Shown here piece after piece: positions 9,207 to 18,419 of a DNA stretch of 64,000 nt. Numbering within the stretch: position 1 is the stretch's first letter; each line of letters begins with the position of its first letter. The notes under the pieces are model-generated. The model saw nothing but the letters and a program-made list of their open reading frames with translations, ran no database searches and had not been told where the DNA came from. The position numbers and the translations under genes are program-made. This DNA is from Methanotrichaceae archaeon (GTDB lineage Archaea > Halobacteriota > Methanosarcinia > Methanotrichales > Methanotrichaceae). The DNA is taken from assembly GCA_963754945.1 (NCBI GenBank), contig CAVWIG010000018.1:32001-96000 (forward strand), written 5' to 3'.

Positions 9207-11135
9207 TCAGTGCTTGGGGTCTAGACGAAAAGGGATGGAAGTGGATGCCATCTCCCCATACCTACCGGTGAGATCTACCTCTACTTGGTAGTTTCCCGGG
9301 TTCCAGAAGCTCGTCTCCCAGGGTCCTGAATAGATTCCGTTTGAATCAAAATCCTCCAAAGGGATCTCCATCGTCCTTTCTGGGCCGACGATCCGTGTGT
9401 TGACCTCTTTAACATCACCGGACACCCTGGCCTCGATGTTAACTGGATCACCTACAGTCGCATTGTACCTGCTGAGATCCACCTCCAGCAGCTTTGCCCC
9501 CGTCAACCAGTCGGGCCCGTCTTCGATGCCCGCAAGAGCAGACGTCAGGTTCAGCGCTCCATAGCCGTAAACATTGTCCGGCCCAGCGTCGCCAAGGTCG
9601 GTTGACGTCTTCAGCAGTACCCTCTTCACATCAGCAGGCTTCATATCCGGCCTGGCCTGCAAGAGCAGTGCCGCCGACCCAGAGACTTGAGGAACGGCCA
9701 TAGACGTGCCGCTCATGGAGCTATACTGATCTTTTGTGCCGGAAAGGGCCGATACTACGTCCACGCCCAGGGTCACAATGTCCGGCTTTATATCTCCGTT
9801 AGGGGCTGGCCCCCGGGAAGATTGCTCGAAGATTGAACCCCGGTTGTCTATGGCCCCTACAGTTATGACTCTATCCGAATCACCGGGTATGACAATGGAC
9901 TTAGGGGCCGGCCCGGAGTTGCCAGCGGCAACGCACATGACCAGGCCTTTGTCCACCATCCGGTTGCAGGCCAGGTCCAAGAGGGAGTTCCCATCCGCAG
10001 GCCCTTCGCCCCCGACCGAAAAGGAGACCACCTTTATCCCGTACTTGTCTTTGTTCTCCAGACACCAGTCCAAGGCCTTGATGGCATCGGATAGATAGCA
10101 GGCCCCATCTCTGTCCATGACCTTCACCACCACAAGTTTTGCATCCGGCGCCACGCCACCCTTGTCGCCATCTCCGGCTATTAGGTCGGCACAGTGAGTG
10201 CCGTGGCCGTTGTCGTCGTAGGGGCTGGACTGGTTGTTCACGAAGTCCTTGAAAGCGATTATTTTGTTGCCCTTAAGAGATTTGTGATTTGGATCTGCAC
10301 CTGTGTCGAGAAGGGCAACGGTCACACCGTCTCCCAACAGGTTGTGCCCCGCTCTAGGATCATCAATCCCCCTGGCTAAAGCAGGGGGATAGTCCCCCCC
10401 CGGAGACGCCATCACCTTTAGCTTCTGGTCTTTGTAGACGCCTTTGACGCCCTTGAGATGAGCAAGCTCAGCCAGCTTGGTACCAGGAACGATCATGGAA
10501 CTTCCCGGAATGATCTTTAACCTGTCCGCTCCTGAAAGGTTGCCGTCATGAAGAACGATCACTCGAAGATCTTTGCCCATTTGGTTCTCTAGGCTGTCAT
10601 CGATGTGATTGCCGTTTAGGTCATTGGGGTCGAGAATGGTAAAGTTCGTGGCGGTCTCTGATCTAGCAGCATTTCCGGCCTTATCTATGGCAACTATGGT
10701 CACCCTATAGGTTCCCGGTGGGAAGTTAGATCCGCAATAGCCTTTGAATTCGTTTTTCCTTTGGAGATCCAGCATGAGGTTCATGCGGTTCCCCACCTCG
10801 GCGTATACCATTTTTATGCCCGCCGGATCGTATACGTCGGCATCGATCTCAGCGCTTGGATCGCCGATCTTTAAAAAAGATGGGACCACGGACGCACCGA
10901 AAATGGTAGGCGGCGTCGCGTCGTTCAGGGGCTTGAACAGATTGGACGGGACTACTGGTATTCCAAAAATAGTGGGCATTTGGGTTTCGTTCGGGATGGG
11001 CCTCAATAGAATGCCGGACTCGGAATGGAACCACTGGAGCGCCTTGTCCTCCTGGCCCTCTGAAAGAAGGGCCGCACCGCTGACCAGACACACCAGAAGG
11101 AGAAAAGAGAGTTGGTAGCTGGAGTTCACACTCAC
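9207..11135 (-). CDS. Exported S8 subtilisin-like serine peptidase with Ig-like domains
   Basis: Signal peptide; LDTG, HGTH, AAGN and GTSMAVP catalytic motifs. Confidence 0.92.
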   Translation of the reverse strand: MSVNSSYQLSFLLLVCLVSGAALLSEGQEDKALQWFHSESGILLRPIPNETQMPTIFGIPVVPSNLFKPLNDATPPTIFGASVVPSFLKIGDPSAEIDADVYDPAGIKMVYAEVGNRMNLMLDLQRKNEFKGYCGSNFPPGTYRVTIVAIDKAGNAARSETATNFTILDPNDLNGNHIDDSLENQMGKDLRVIVLHDGNLSGADRLKIIPGSSMIVPGTKLAELAHLKGVKGVYKDQKLKVMASPGGDYPPALARGIDDPRAGHNLLGDGVTVALLDTGADPNHKSLKGNKIIAFKDFVNNQSSPYDDNGHGTHCADLIAGDGDKGGVAPDAKLVVVKVMDRDGACYLSDAIKALDWCLENKDKYGIKVVSFSVGGEGPADGNSLLDLACNRMVDKGLVMCVAAGNSGPAPKSIVIPGDSDRVITVGAIDNRGSIFEQSSRGPAPNGDIKPDIVTLGVDVVSALSGTKDQYSSMSGTSMAVPQVSGSAALLLQARPDMKPADVKRVLLKTSTDLGDAGPDNVYGYGALNLTSALAGIEDGPDWLTGAKLLEVDLSRYNATVGDPVNIEARVSGDVKEVNTRIVGPERTMEIPLEDFDSNGIYSGPWETSFWNPGNYQVEVDLTGRYGEMASTSIPFRLDPKH

Positions 11136-11143
11136 TTCCGCTA

Positions 11144-12634
11144 TTAGTTTCCAACCTTTTTATACTTACTGGTGTCTTTTCCTGCGCCCACTATCTTGAT
11201 CTCCAGAACGTTATCGAAGGTCTTCGTTATTCCAGAGGCAGAAACAACTATGGCGACCTGATAGGAACCAGGTCCCACATTGGCGTTCCAGATCCCAGAG
11301 TACTCATCACCAGCGATCTGTTTCATGACCACCCGACCAACAGTTGAACCTGTAGAGTCAATTACCGTCGCTGCACAGGTGAAGCTTCCAGCCTGAGAGA
11401 GGGCGGTCGTCTGGCCGGAGTTGCCAAGCTGGGCTACACCGCTGGACTTGTTTATGTTGGCGAACCCCTGGGGAGATCCGAATCCACAGGTCGCACAGCC
11501 CTTTATAGTCAGGATGGTCTTGTTGGTGGCATTTCCGGTTGCGGTTGAGCTGGGGTTGGCAATCTTCTTGGCCACTCCAAAGAGGGCAGTGATCTTGATT
11601 GGGCTACCCTGGGTGGCTGGGTTGGGATCTGCACGGATGTCCTCCAGTCGAGGAATCCCTGGCTGGTTTGCCATCCAGTCCTGCCAGGAATAGAGGGATG
11701 CGTTGTAGCCCAAAGTCTCCAGAGCGAACCAGACGCTGCCTGCCTGGGCTCCTGTGTCGGAGTAAACGACAACAGGCAACGTCTTGTCAATGCTTGAGAA
11801 CAGATCTCTCAGTTCTACATCGCTCTTCAATTGACCGTTGTCCATAACCTGATCATAGGGAATGTTCAGGGCCTTGGGTATATAACCCAATCCGAACTCC
11901 TGGAAGGACCTGGCGTCAACGATCTGCACCTTGCCATTCTTCACATAATCGTATGTGGCCAATAGACCAGAATTGAGCTTGGGCGTATAGGTGACCTTTG
12001 GCAGTACATTTGGCACAGTTTCCGTGGGAAGCTTGGCCGCAACCCAGTCTTCTATACCTCCGTCCAGAATCTTGACATTGTCGTGTCCCAGATATTTCAG
12101 GATCCAGTAGACATAAGCAGAGTTAACGCCACAGGGCAGGCACTGGCCGTAGACAAGGACAGAATCCCGTTCGGAGATGCCGGCGTCCCCTAGGATCTTG
12201 GCAACTTCGGAGACAGGCTTCAGAGAACCATTGTTCATGAACTTGGCGTAGGGTACGCTGATAGCGCCCTGGATGTATTCAGTGGCCTCGGGACTGACGT
12301 CAAGGATTACATCGTAACCGAGTGGACTGAGGTTTGTAGACGATGCACCTGTCGGTGAAAAACTGGAGATGAGAGCCAGATCTTGCTGAAAGCTGCTGCT
12401 CCGCGGAGGATCAACCTTCTTTGGTTTGGGAGTGCTTGCCACTGCCTGCTGTGTTGTAACCTGGTCGGGAGTAGTTTGTACCGTGGAGTTGTCGCTCAAA
12501 AAGCTTTGAGCTGAATTAGGCCAGGGATCTGCTTTTAACTTTTCGCAAATTGAGCAATATGCCAACGAATTTGATATCAATAAGCCCATTATTGCCAAGA
12601 GAGTTACAACCCATTTCGTTCCATTTCCTGTCAT
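11144..12634 (-). CDS. Exported tandem-rhodanese protein with C-terminal Ig-like domain
   Basis: Signal peptide; YIQGAI, LGDAGIS, YLGHDNVKILDGG, IVDARS and IPKALNIPY rhodanese motifs. Confidence 0.8.
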   Translation of the reverse strand: MTGNGTKWVVTLLAIMGLLISNSLAYCSICEKLKADPWPNSAQSFLSDNSTVQTTPDQVTTQQAVASTPKPKKVDPPRSSSFQQDLALISSFSPTGASSTNLSPLGYDVILDVSPEATEYIQGAISVPYAKFMNNGSLKPVSEVAKILGDAGISERDSVLVYGQCLPCGVNSAYVYWILKYLGHDNVKILDGGIEDWVAAKLPTETVPNVLPKVTYTPKLNSGLLATYDYVKNGKVQIVDARSFQEFGLGYIPKALNIPYDQVMDNGQLKSDVELRDLFSSIDKTLPVVVYSDTGAQAGSVWFALETLGYNASLYSWQDWMANQPGIPRLEDIRADPNPATQGSPIKITALFGVAKKIANPSSTATGNATNKTILTIKGCATCGFGSPQGFANINKSSGVAQLGNSGQTTALSQAGSFTCAATVIDSTGSTVGRVVMKQIAGDEYSGIWNANVGPGSYQVAIVVSASGITKTFDNVLEIKIVGAGKDTSKYKKVGN

Positions 12635-12650
12635 ATTCGCTCCCACTAAA

Positions 12651-13529
12651 TCATCTCGTAGTATTTTGAGATCTTTCAGGACCCATAGTTCGGCTTGTAT
12701 TTTCAGAGTTCTTGTGCGTTAACCAGTCATTCCAGGTGTAAAGGCTCGCTTTATAGCCCAAGAACTCCAGGGCGAAACAGACCATCGATGCCTTCACTCC
12801 GGTTGCGGAATAGACAACCACCGATCGGTCCTTACCCAGTCCTGAAAAGAGAAGACTCAAAGCGTTGCGGTCTTTGAGCTTGTCTTTCTCCAGTACGGCA
12901 TCGTAGGGGATGTTGATGGAGCCGGGTATCGAGCCAACGCTGCGATCCTGTGGTGTCCTAGCATCGACGATCTGTGCCTTGTTGTTCTTAACCAAATCAT
13001 AAGTCGCTAGCAGCTCGGGCCTCAACTCTGGCTTGTAATCAGACTTCGGCCTGACCACTGGCATATTCTCCGTTGGAAGCTTGGCTGCAGCCCAATCACT
13101 AATTTCCCCATTCAATAAGCCTGTCTTCTCTTGCCCGAGGTACTTCATGATCCAGTATGTGTAAGTGGCAGCCGACGGACCACCGCCACAAGGCAGACAC
13201 TCACCGTAAACCACAACAGAGTCGTTACGAGAGATCCCTGCATCTCCAAGGATCCTGGCTAACTCTGAATCAGGTTTAAGACGCTTGTCTTGATCAAAGA
13301 ACTCCACGTAGTTAAGGTTGATTGCGCCCGGGATGTACTGAGTTGCATTCGGGCTTACGTCCAGAATCACATCGTAATTCTTGACATCTGAGAGCGGGAC
13401 CAAAATCTGGCCAGAGCCGTTCTCCTCATCAGCACTTCCGCCGGTAAGTTTACCAGAGATGGAAAAAAAAGCGGCTACTGCAACAAGAAGCACCAAAGCC
13501 GCCACAAAACCCCTATTACGAAACGTCAT
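12651..13529 (-). CDS. Exported or membrane-anchored tandem-rhodanese protein
   Basis: N-terminal TM/signal; YIPGAIN, LGDAGIS, IVDART, IPGSINIPY. Confidence 0.8.
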   Translation of the reverse strand: MTFRNRGFVAALVLLVAVAAFFSISGKLTGGSADEENGSGQILVPLSDVKNYDVILDVSPNATQYIPGAINLNYVEFFDQDKRLKPDSELARILGDAGISRNDSVVVYGECLPCGGGPSAATYTYWIMKYLGQEKTGLLNGEISDWAAAKLPTENMPVVRPKSDYKPELRPELLATYDLVKNNKAQIVDARTPQDRSVGSIPGSINIPYDAVLEKDKLKDRNALSLLFSGLGKDRSVVVYSATGVKASMVCFALEFLGYKASLYTWNDWLTHKNSENTSRTMGPERSQNTTR

Positions 13530-13608
13530 ACTTCCCGCTTTTTTAGATGGGGAAGAGATCCAGTTTGGGATCTCAACTCACTTTCTAATGCGCTTACTTT
13601 GAATTTAG

Positions 13609-14784
13609 TTATCTATGCTGTTCCTGCCAAGTAGAAAGCCTGGCATCGTAGCCCATGATCTCCAGGGCAAACCAGACTAAAGATGCCTTTACACCGGTAG
13701 TGGTATAGACCACAACGGGCTTATTCTTGCGGATGCCTGAGAACAGCACCTTCAACTTGGCCTCATCCTTTATCCTTCCATTAGTCATGACGCTGTCATA
13801 AGGAATATTGATGGAACCAGGAATAGATTCAGCTCCAAACTCCTGTAGGCTTCTAGCGTCCACTAACTGGAATCCGCCGTTCTTAACCTGTTCGTAAGTT
13901 GCCAGAAGCTCTGGCTTCTGTTCAAAGGTGTAATTGGTCTTTGGTCTAGACTGCGACTCGTTTGTCACAGGATTGTTAGCCTCTGCCCAGTTCGCTATTC
14001 CGCCGTCAAGAACTCGAATCTTTGCAGGATCGTGGCCGAGATAGCGCATTATCCAGTATGCATAGGTGGATACAGCCGGCCCTCCGCCACAGGGCTTGCA
14101 CTCGCCATATATCAAAACGCTGTTGTTACGAGCGATCCCCGCGTTGCTCAGGATCTTGGCTAGTTCGGAGGTTGGCCTGAGCGTACTGTTGTTCTGGAAA
14201 TTCAGGTAGTCGATATGTACAGCTCCCGGAATGAATTTGGAAACGCCATCGCTCACATCCAGAATCACATCGTACTGGGATATGTTGGATAGCGGAGCCG
14301 TCATAGCATAAAAGCCGCTGCTTCTCTTGGGCTCGGTGTTGTTGGCAGGCTTGCTAACTGGTTGGCTAACTGGCTGGCTAACTGGCTGGCTAACTGGCTC
14401 GCTTATAGATTGGTTGGCTGGCAGTTCTACGCTGGTGCCGGTTCCTGCCGAGGCTGCTCTTGCGGCCTGGGGTGAATTGGCCTCTCCGGAACTAGAACTG
14501 TTGCCTAAATCCGTCTGATTCCACCGGTATTGCCTTGAAGTCTTTGCCCAATTATGGCCCGGTTCTACCTGACTTTGATCTGCTTGGGGGGTACCCATAT
14601 TGTCCAGCTCAGCCATAGGGTCCCACGCGCTTCCACCGGAAGTGGTACATTTCACCCCTATATATTTACCCAAATCTCCACATTCGCTAGCTTGCGTAAC
14701 ATGCGCCAGCGCTGAAAGCATGAAAAGCCCAGCCCCGATGCAGATCAACGTAATCCAATTCTGTTTTGATTTCCATAAGCTCAT
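13609..14784 (-). CDS. Exported tandem-rhodanese protein with low-complexity linker
   Basis: Signal peptide; FIPGAVH, YLGHD..RVLDGG, LVDARS, IPGSINIPY. Confidence 0.8.
   Translation of the reverse strand: MSLWKSKQNWITLICIGAGLFMLSALAHVTQASECGDLGKYIGVKCTTSGGSAWDPMAELDNMGTPQADQSQVEPGHNWAKTSRQYRWNQTDLGNSSSSGEANSPQAARAASAGTGTSVELPANQSISEPVSQPVSQPVSQPVSKPANNTEPKRSSGFYAMTAPLSNISQYDVILDVSDGVSKFIPGAVHIDYLNFQNNSTLRPTSELAKILSNAGIARNNSVLIYGECKPCGGGPAVSTYAYWIMRYLGHDPAKIRVLDGGIANWAEANNPVTNESQSRPKTNYTFEQKPELLATYEQVKNGGFQLVDARSLQEFGAESIPGSINIPYDSVMTNGRIKDEAKLKVLFSGIRKNKPVVVYTTTGVKASLVWFALEIMGYDARLSTWQEQHR
14350..14401. repeat. 12-bp coding tandem repeat, about 4 copies (encodes SQPV)
   Basis: GGCTAACTGGCT-like units; protein reads SEPVSQPVSQPVSQPVSKP. 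Confidence 0.85.
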
Positions 14785-16256
14785 GATCTTCCCCCATTGG
14801 ATGATGACGGACTGAAAGTTCCCGATCCCCTCGGAATTACCTCAATCTCCCCTATACTCACCTTAAGTTCGTTTCCTCTGGCGTCCCCGACGCTGAGTTC
14901 CAGGTCGTACTTTCCTGGGTCCATCAGGGCAGTCGCAAGAGTTCCCTGGTAAACGTCTCCAGCCAGGGCCATAGATACATACCCTCCGGGCGCCACACCC
15001 TTGGGGCCCATGGCATGTACAACAACAGACCCGAGATCGTACTTGGAATTAATCTTGACCTTAACGGCAACGTTATTGCCCACAGTGACCGAAATAGGGT
15101 CGATGCTCTTTTCTATGATCTTGATGGGCTGGACCTGGTTGCCAATCAGCGGATATCTGTCCGTAGAATGGTCATTTATCTTATAAGGCTCGTCCCCGAT
15201 GCGATCACTTCCAGGGGCGTCCTGGCCGGGGCCGCTCATCTTGTCCTGTCCGAGATAATCGCTCCACATGTTCCCGCCCGTGGGGTAAGCTGCGTTCCAG
15301 GTATTCGAGCCGCGGTCGTCGGCCTGAATTACGTTATTGGCCATGCGGTTGCCATATAGCAGGTTGCCGCTCGAATCCAAGAAGATGCCGGTTTGACTGT
15401 TGGAGACGTTGTTCCCGACTATCGTGTTGCCGTCAGATCCGCTCTGGATCTGGATACCGTAGCGCGAGTTATCTGATATGATATTGCCCTTTATTGCATT
15501 CTTTCCAGAACTCTCCATCAGCGTTATTCCTGCCACCGCATTATTCGTTATCGTGTTGTTCACAATAGTGTTGTCGTGGCTACCAAAGCGCATGTCTACG
15601 CCGGAGTTAGTGTTTCTTACAAGGGTATTGGACTCAATGAGGTTGTTTGTGCAATCTCTGAACATGTAGAGCCCATACATATTTCTTTCCAGGACGTTGC
15701 CTTTTATGGTGTTGTTGTTGCAGGATGGAAACAGGTTGATGCCGTACGCGCCATTGCCGATGGCAGCATTGTCCACTATCAGGTTATGGTTCGAGTTGGT
15801 GAGGTATATTCCATACCAGCCCTCGCCCCCCAGGCCGTTAAAGCTGGCGTTGTTGCGCTCTACTACGTTGTCGTCGGAGAACTTCAGCATAATTCCTGGC
15901 TGGGTACATCGTATTACAGTGTTGTCGGATATCTTGCAGTTGGTGACGTTCTCAAGGTTTATCCCGTAGAAGCCGTCCCTTACCAGGAACCCGGAGATGT
16001 TAACTTTGTCAGCCAGCACCCTTACGCACGCATCCATACCGCCGGCTCTGATCGTTGCACCGTTTCCTACAAGGCTCAGGCTCTTGGCGATCTCTATCTT
16101 ATCGTAGACACCTGGACCAACATGAAGAACGTCACCGGTAGCGGCAGCGTCTATCGCGGCCTGCAGGTTGGAGCTCACCTGGACGGTCGCCGCGCATGCG
16201 CACGGCAAGAGCAGAGCCGCTAATGCAATATAACATAAGTAGGGGGCCGTTCTCAA
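14781..16256 (-). CDS. Exported NosD/CASH right-handed beta-helix protein
   Basis: Signal peptide, LQAAIDAA..GD, many GI.L..S.NN.I..N repeats, GNMWSDY.G.D. Confidence 0.85.
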   Translation of the reverse strand: MRTAPYLCYIALAALLLPCACAATVQVSSNLQAAIDAAATGDVLHVGPGVYDKIEIAKSLSLVGNGATIRAGGMDACVRVLADKVNISGFLVRDGFYGINLENVTNCKISDNTVIRCTQPGIMLKFSDDNVVERNNASFNGLGGEGWYGIYLTNSNHNLIVDNAAIGNGAYGINLFPSCNNNTIKGNVLERNMYGLYMFRDCTNNLIESNTLVRNTNSGVDMRFGSHDNTIVNNTITNNAVAGITLMESSGKNAIKGNIISDNSRYGIQIQSGSDGNTIVGNNVSNSQTGIFLDSSGNLLYGNRMANNVIQADDRGSNTWNAAYPTGGNMWSDYLGQDKMSGPGQDAPGSDRIGDEPYKINDHSTDRYPLIGNQVQPIKIIEKSIDPISVTVGNNVAVKVKINSKYDLGSVVVHAMGPKGVAPGGYVSMALAGDVYQGTLATALMDPGKYDLELSVGDARGNELKVSIGEIEVIPRGSGTFSPSSSNGGRS

Positions 16257-16464
16257 ACCACCACCGACATCAAGAGCAGTTGAGGTGTTAATAAAGCTAA
16301 CGTGGAACTTCTCACGCTTAGTAAATGGCTAAGGGGGTATAATAAAGGATGGTCTTTGTCGGTCTAACATGGGGTTCATATAAGCATTTGTCCATCAGGT
16401 GATAAATAACATGAAGTAAAGCCTTTTTATATTCCTGGCTAACAGTGTATAGGAGGAACTTATC

Positions 16465-17028
16465 TTGAGATATTTGTATGCACTTGTGGGACTGGCCGTG
16501 CTGCTGAGTGCGGCATCGGCTACGGCGGGAGACTTCAAAGTCCAGATGGATGTGGCTACATATGTGGATTCTGCGAATGCGAACGCCAACTTCAGCGTGA
16601 ACAACGACACACTGTGGGCGGCTTCCACCGATGGGAAACCTGTGAAGGAGGTATACCTGAGCTATGTCAACAACTTCGGAACGGTTGGTGTCTTCAATCC
16701 AGATACGGTGACGTCTGCGTCTCTAAAGCTCAGTGCAAAGAACGTTACCAAACCGGGAACTATCAAGGCTTATTTCGTCCACGGAGCGACTATGGAAACA
16801 GCAACCTGGAAAGACAAGCCCGAGTATAACACTAGCGTGTCTTCCTCCTTGGATGTGCAGAAAGATGGCGAGTACACTATGGATGCGACGCCACTCATCA
16901 AGATGGCAGTCAAAACCTGCACAGAAGGCTGTCCTTACTCTATTGTCCTGGTGGCTGACGATAATGCGTCGGTAGGGTTTTCCAAGGATGCCCAGAAGCC
17001 TTCATTGGACTACACAACGACGGGTTGA
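16465..17028 (+). CDS. Exported DNRLRE/CBM96-like beta-sandwich protein
   Basis: GGAGG RBS, signal peptide, DVATYVDS..N.NF, SASLKL, TW..KP and terminal P.L pattern. Confidence 0.6.
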   Translation: MRYLYALVGLAVLLSAASATAGDFKVQMDVATYVDSANANANFSVNNDTLWAASTDGKPVKEVYLSYVNNFGTVGVFNPDTVTSASLKLSAKNVTKPGTIKAYFVHGATMETATWKDKPEYNTSVSSSLDVQKDGEYTMDATPLIKMAVKTCTEGCPYSIVLVADDNASVGFSKDAQKPSLDYTTTG

Positions 17029-17114
17029 GGCCTAAACGGCCCACAACAACTCTTTCCAACCAACCTCTTTTGAGAATGTCTTCTTTTTATATAACTTCCA
17101 CTAGGTAGATCCTG

Positions 17115-18248
17115 ATGCATCGTTCCCTTTGGAGAGGGCTATCCCTTATCCTCTGGATTCTGCTGTTTTTCAGCGTTGTCAGCGCCAGCACTGATGTTAT
17201 ACTGATAAAGTCTCCCGGGTGCCATAAGTGCGCTGATGCGGAGAGGGAATTGAACAGCATCATGTCTGAGGATAAGGACATCAATCTGACCTCTTACGAC
17301 TACTTCTCAGACGACGGCCACCGGGTTATCAGGACATACCGAACCAAAGATGTGCCCGCCATTGTGATCGGTAAGCAGGTAATAAACTACAGGGATTACA
17401 ACGGCGACAACCAAAAGCTGGATAGGATGATCAGAGCGGCCCTGGCCAATCAGAGTTCCGGCATCAACTCTAGCTCCATTAACTCCAGCACGAATATAAG
17501 CACTATTATCCCCAATCAGAGCTCAGGCAATCAGAGCTTTTACGGTAGCAGCGAGATCGACCTAAGCAGGATGTCGTGGTCCACCATCTTCACGGTCTTC
17601 GCTGCTGGTCTCCTGGCCGGGTTCAACCCCTGCCTCCTTGGGATCCTGGTCTTTTTGGCTGCCTCGGTGATGTCCAGCACCGGCCGACGGAGGGAGCTCA
17701 TGATGATGATCGTCTCCTTCTCCCTTGGGATCTTCACGATGTACTTCCTCTTTGGACTTGGGATGCAGCACCTGCTCCAGGCAAAGACCGCTGCGGATGG
17801 ATTCAGGTATGTGCTCACTTTCTTCCTAGTCGTACTAGGGCTGATGCACGTCGAGGACGCGCGCAGGTTATACAAAGGAGGGCACTCCATGTTTCGGACT
17901 GACTGGGTGATGAAGTACGTTGAAGCAGGGGTCAACGGAAAGAAGCTCAGCTCTTACTTCCTGATAGGTGCCCTCTTCTCCCTGGTAAAGGCTCCCTGTG
18001 TGGGCGCTGTCTATCTCGCGATCTTGGACGCAATCTCAGCTCGCAGCTATGCCGAAGGTTCTGTCTACCTGCTCTTCTACAACCTGGGGATAGTGCTTCC
18101 CATAATCCTCCTGGGCGGGTTAATAGCCCTCGGAACGAGCCCTGAACAGGTGGACAAGTTCAGGAAGGACTACCGAGCTGCATTAAGGCTGATAACCGGC
18201 CTGGCCCTCCTGGCCCTGGCACCGCTGATATACTACCAGCTAATCTAA
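17115..18248 (+). CDS. Thioredoxin-like domain fused to CcdA/DsbD-type transmembrane domain
   Basis: Signal peptide, SPGCHKC (CxxC), cis-Pro VPAI; TM domain with GFNPC and KAPC.G. Confidence 0.85.
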   Translation: MHRSLWRGLSLILWILLFFSVVSASTDVILIKSPGCHKCADAERELNSIMSEDKDINLTSYDYFSDDGHRVIRTYRTKDVPAIVIGKQVINYRDYNGDNQKLDRMIRAALANQSSGINSSSINSSTNISTIIPNQSSGNQSFYGSSEIDLSRMSWSTIFTVFAAGLLAGFNPCLLGILVFLAASVMSSTGRRRELMMMIVSFSLGIFTMYFLFGLGMQHLLQAKTAADGFRYVLTFFLVVLGLMHVEDARRLYKGGHSMFRTDWVMKYVEAGVNGKKLSSYFLIGALFSLVKAPCVGAVYLAILDAISARSYAEGSVYLLFYNLGIVLPIILLGGLIALGTSPEQVDKFRKDYRAALRLITGLALLALAPLIYYQLI

Positions 18249-18419
18249 GCCTGAATTATCTCGATCAAGGTGGCTTGGACACATAACCAGGTCCAGGCAA
18301 GCTTTTCAGCTTATGTCATAGTGCAGTCCAGTATAATACCATCAGCCAGCAGTCCTCCTCCTGCACCATTGGCAAAAGGATTAATAGAGCGATGATCCTC
18401 TCGATAGCGAGGTGAACTT

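Noticed and set aside
14350-14401. 12-bp repeat as a phase-variation switch
   Set aside because: The unit is a multiple of 3 within a linker, so copy changes would alter only spacer length
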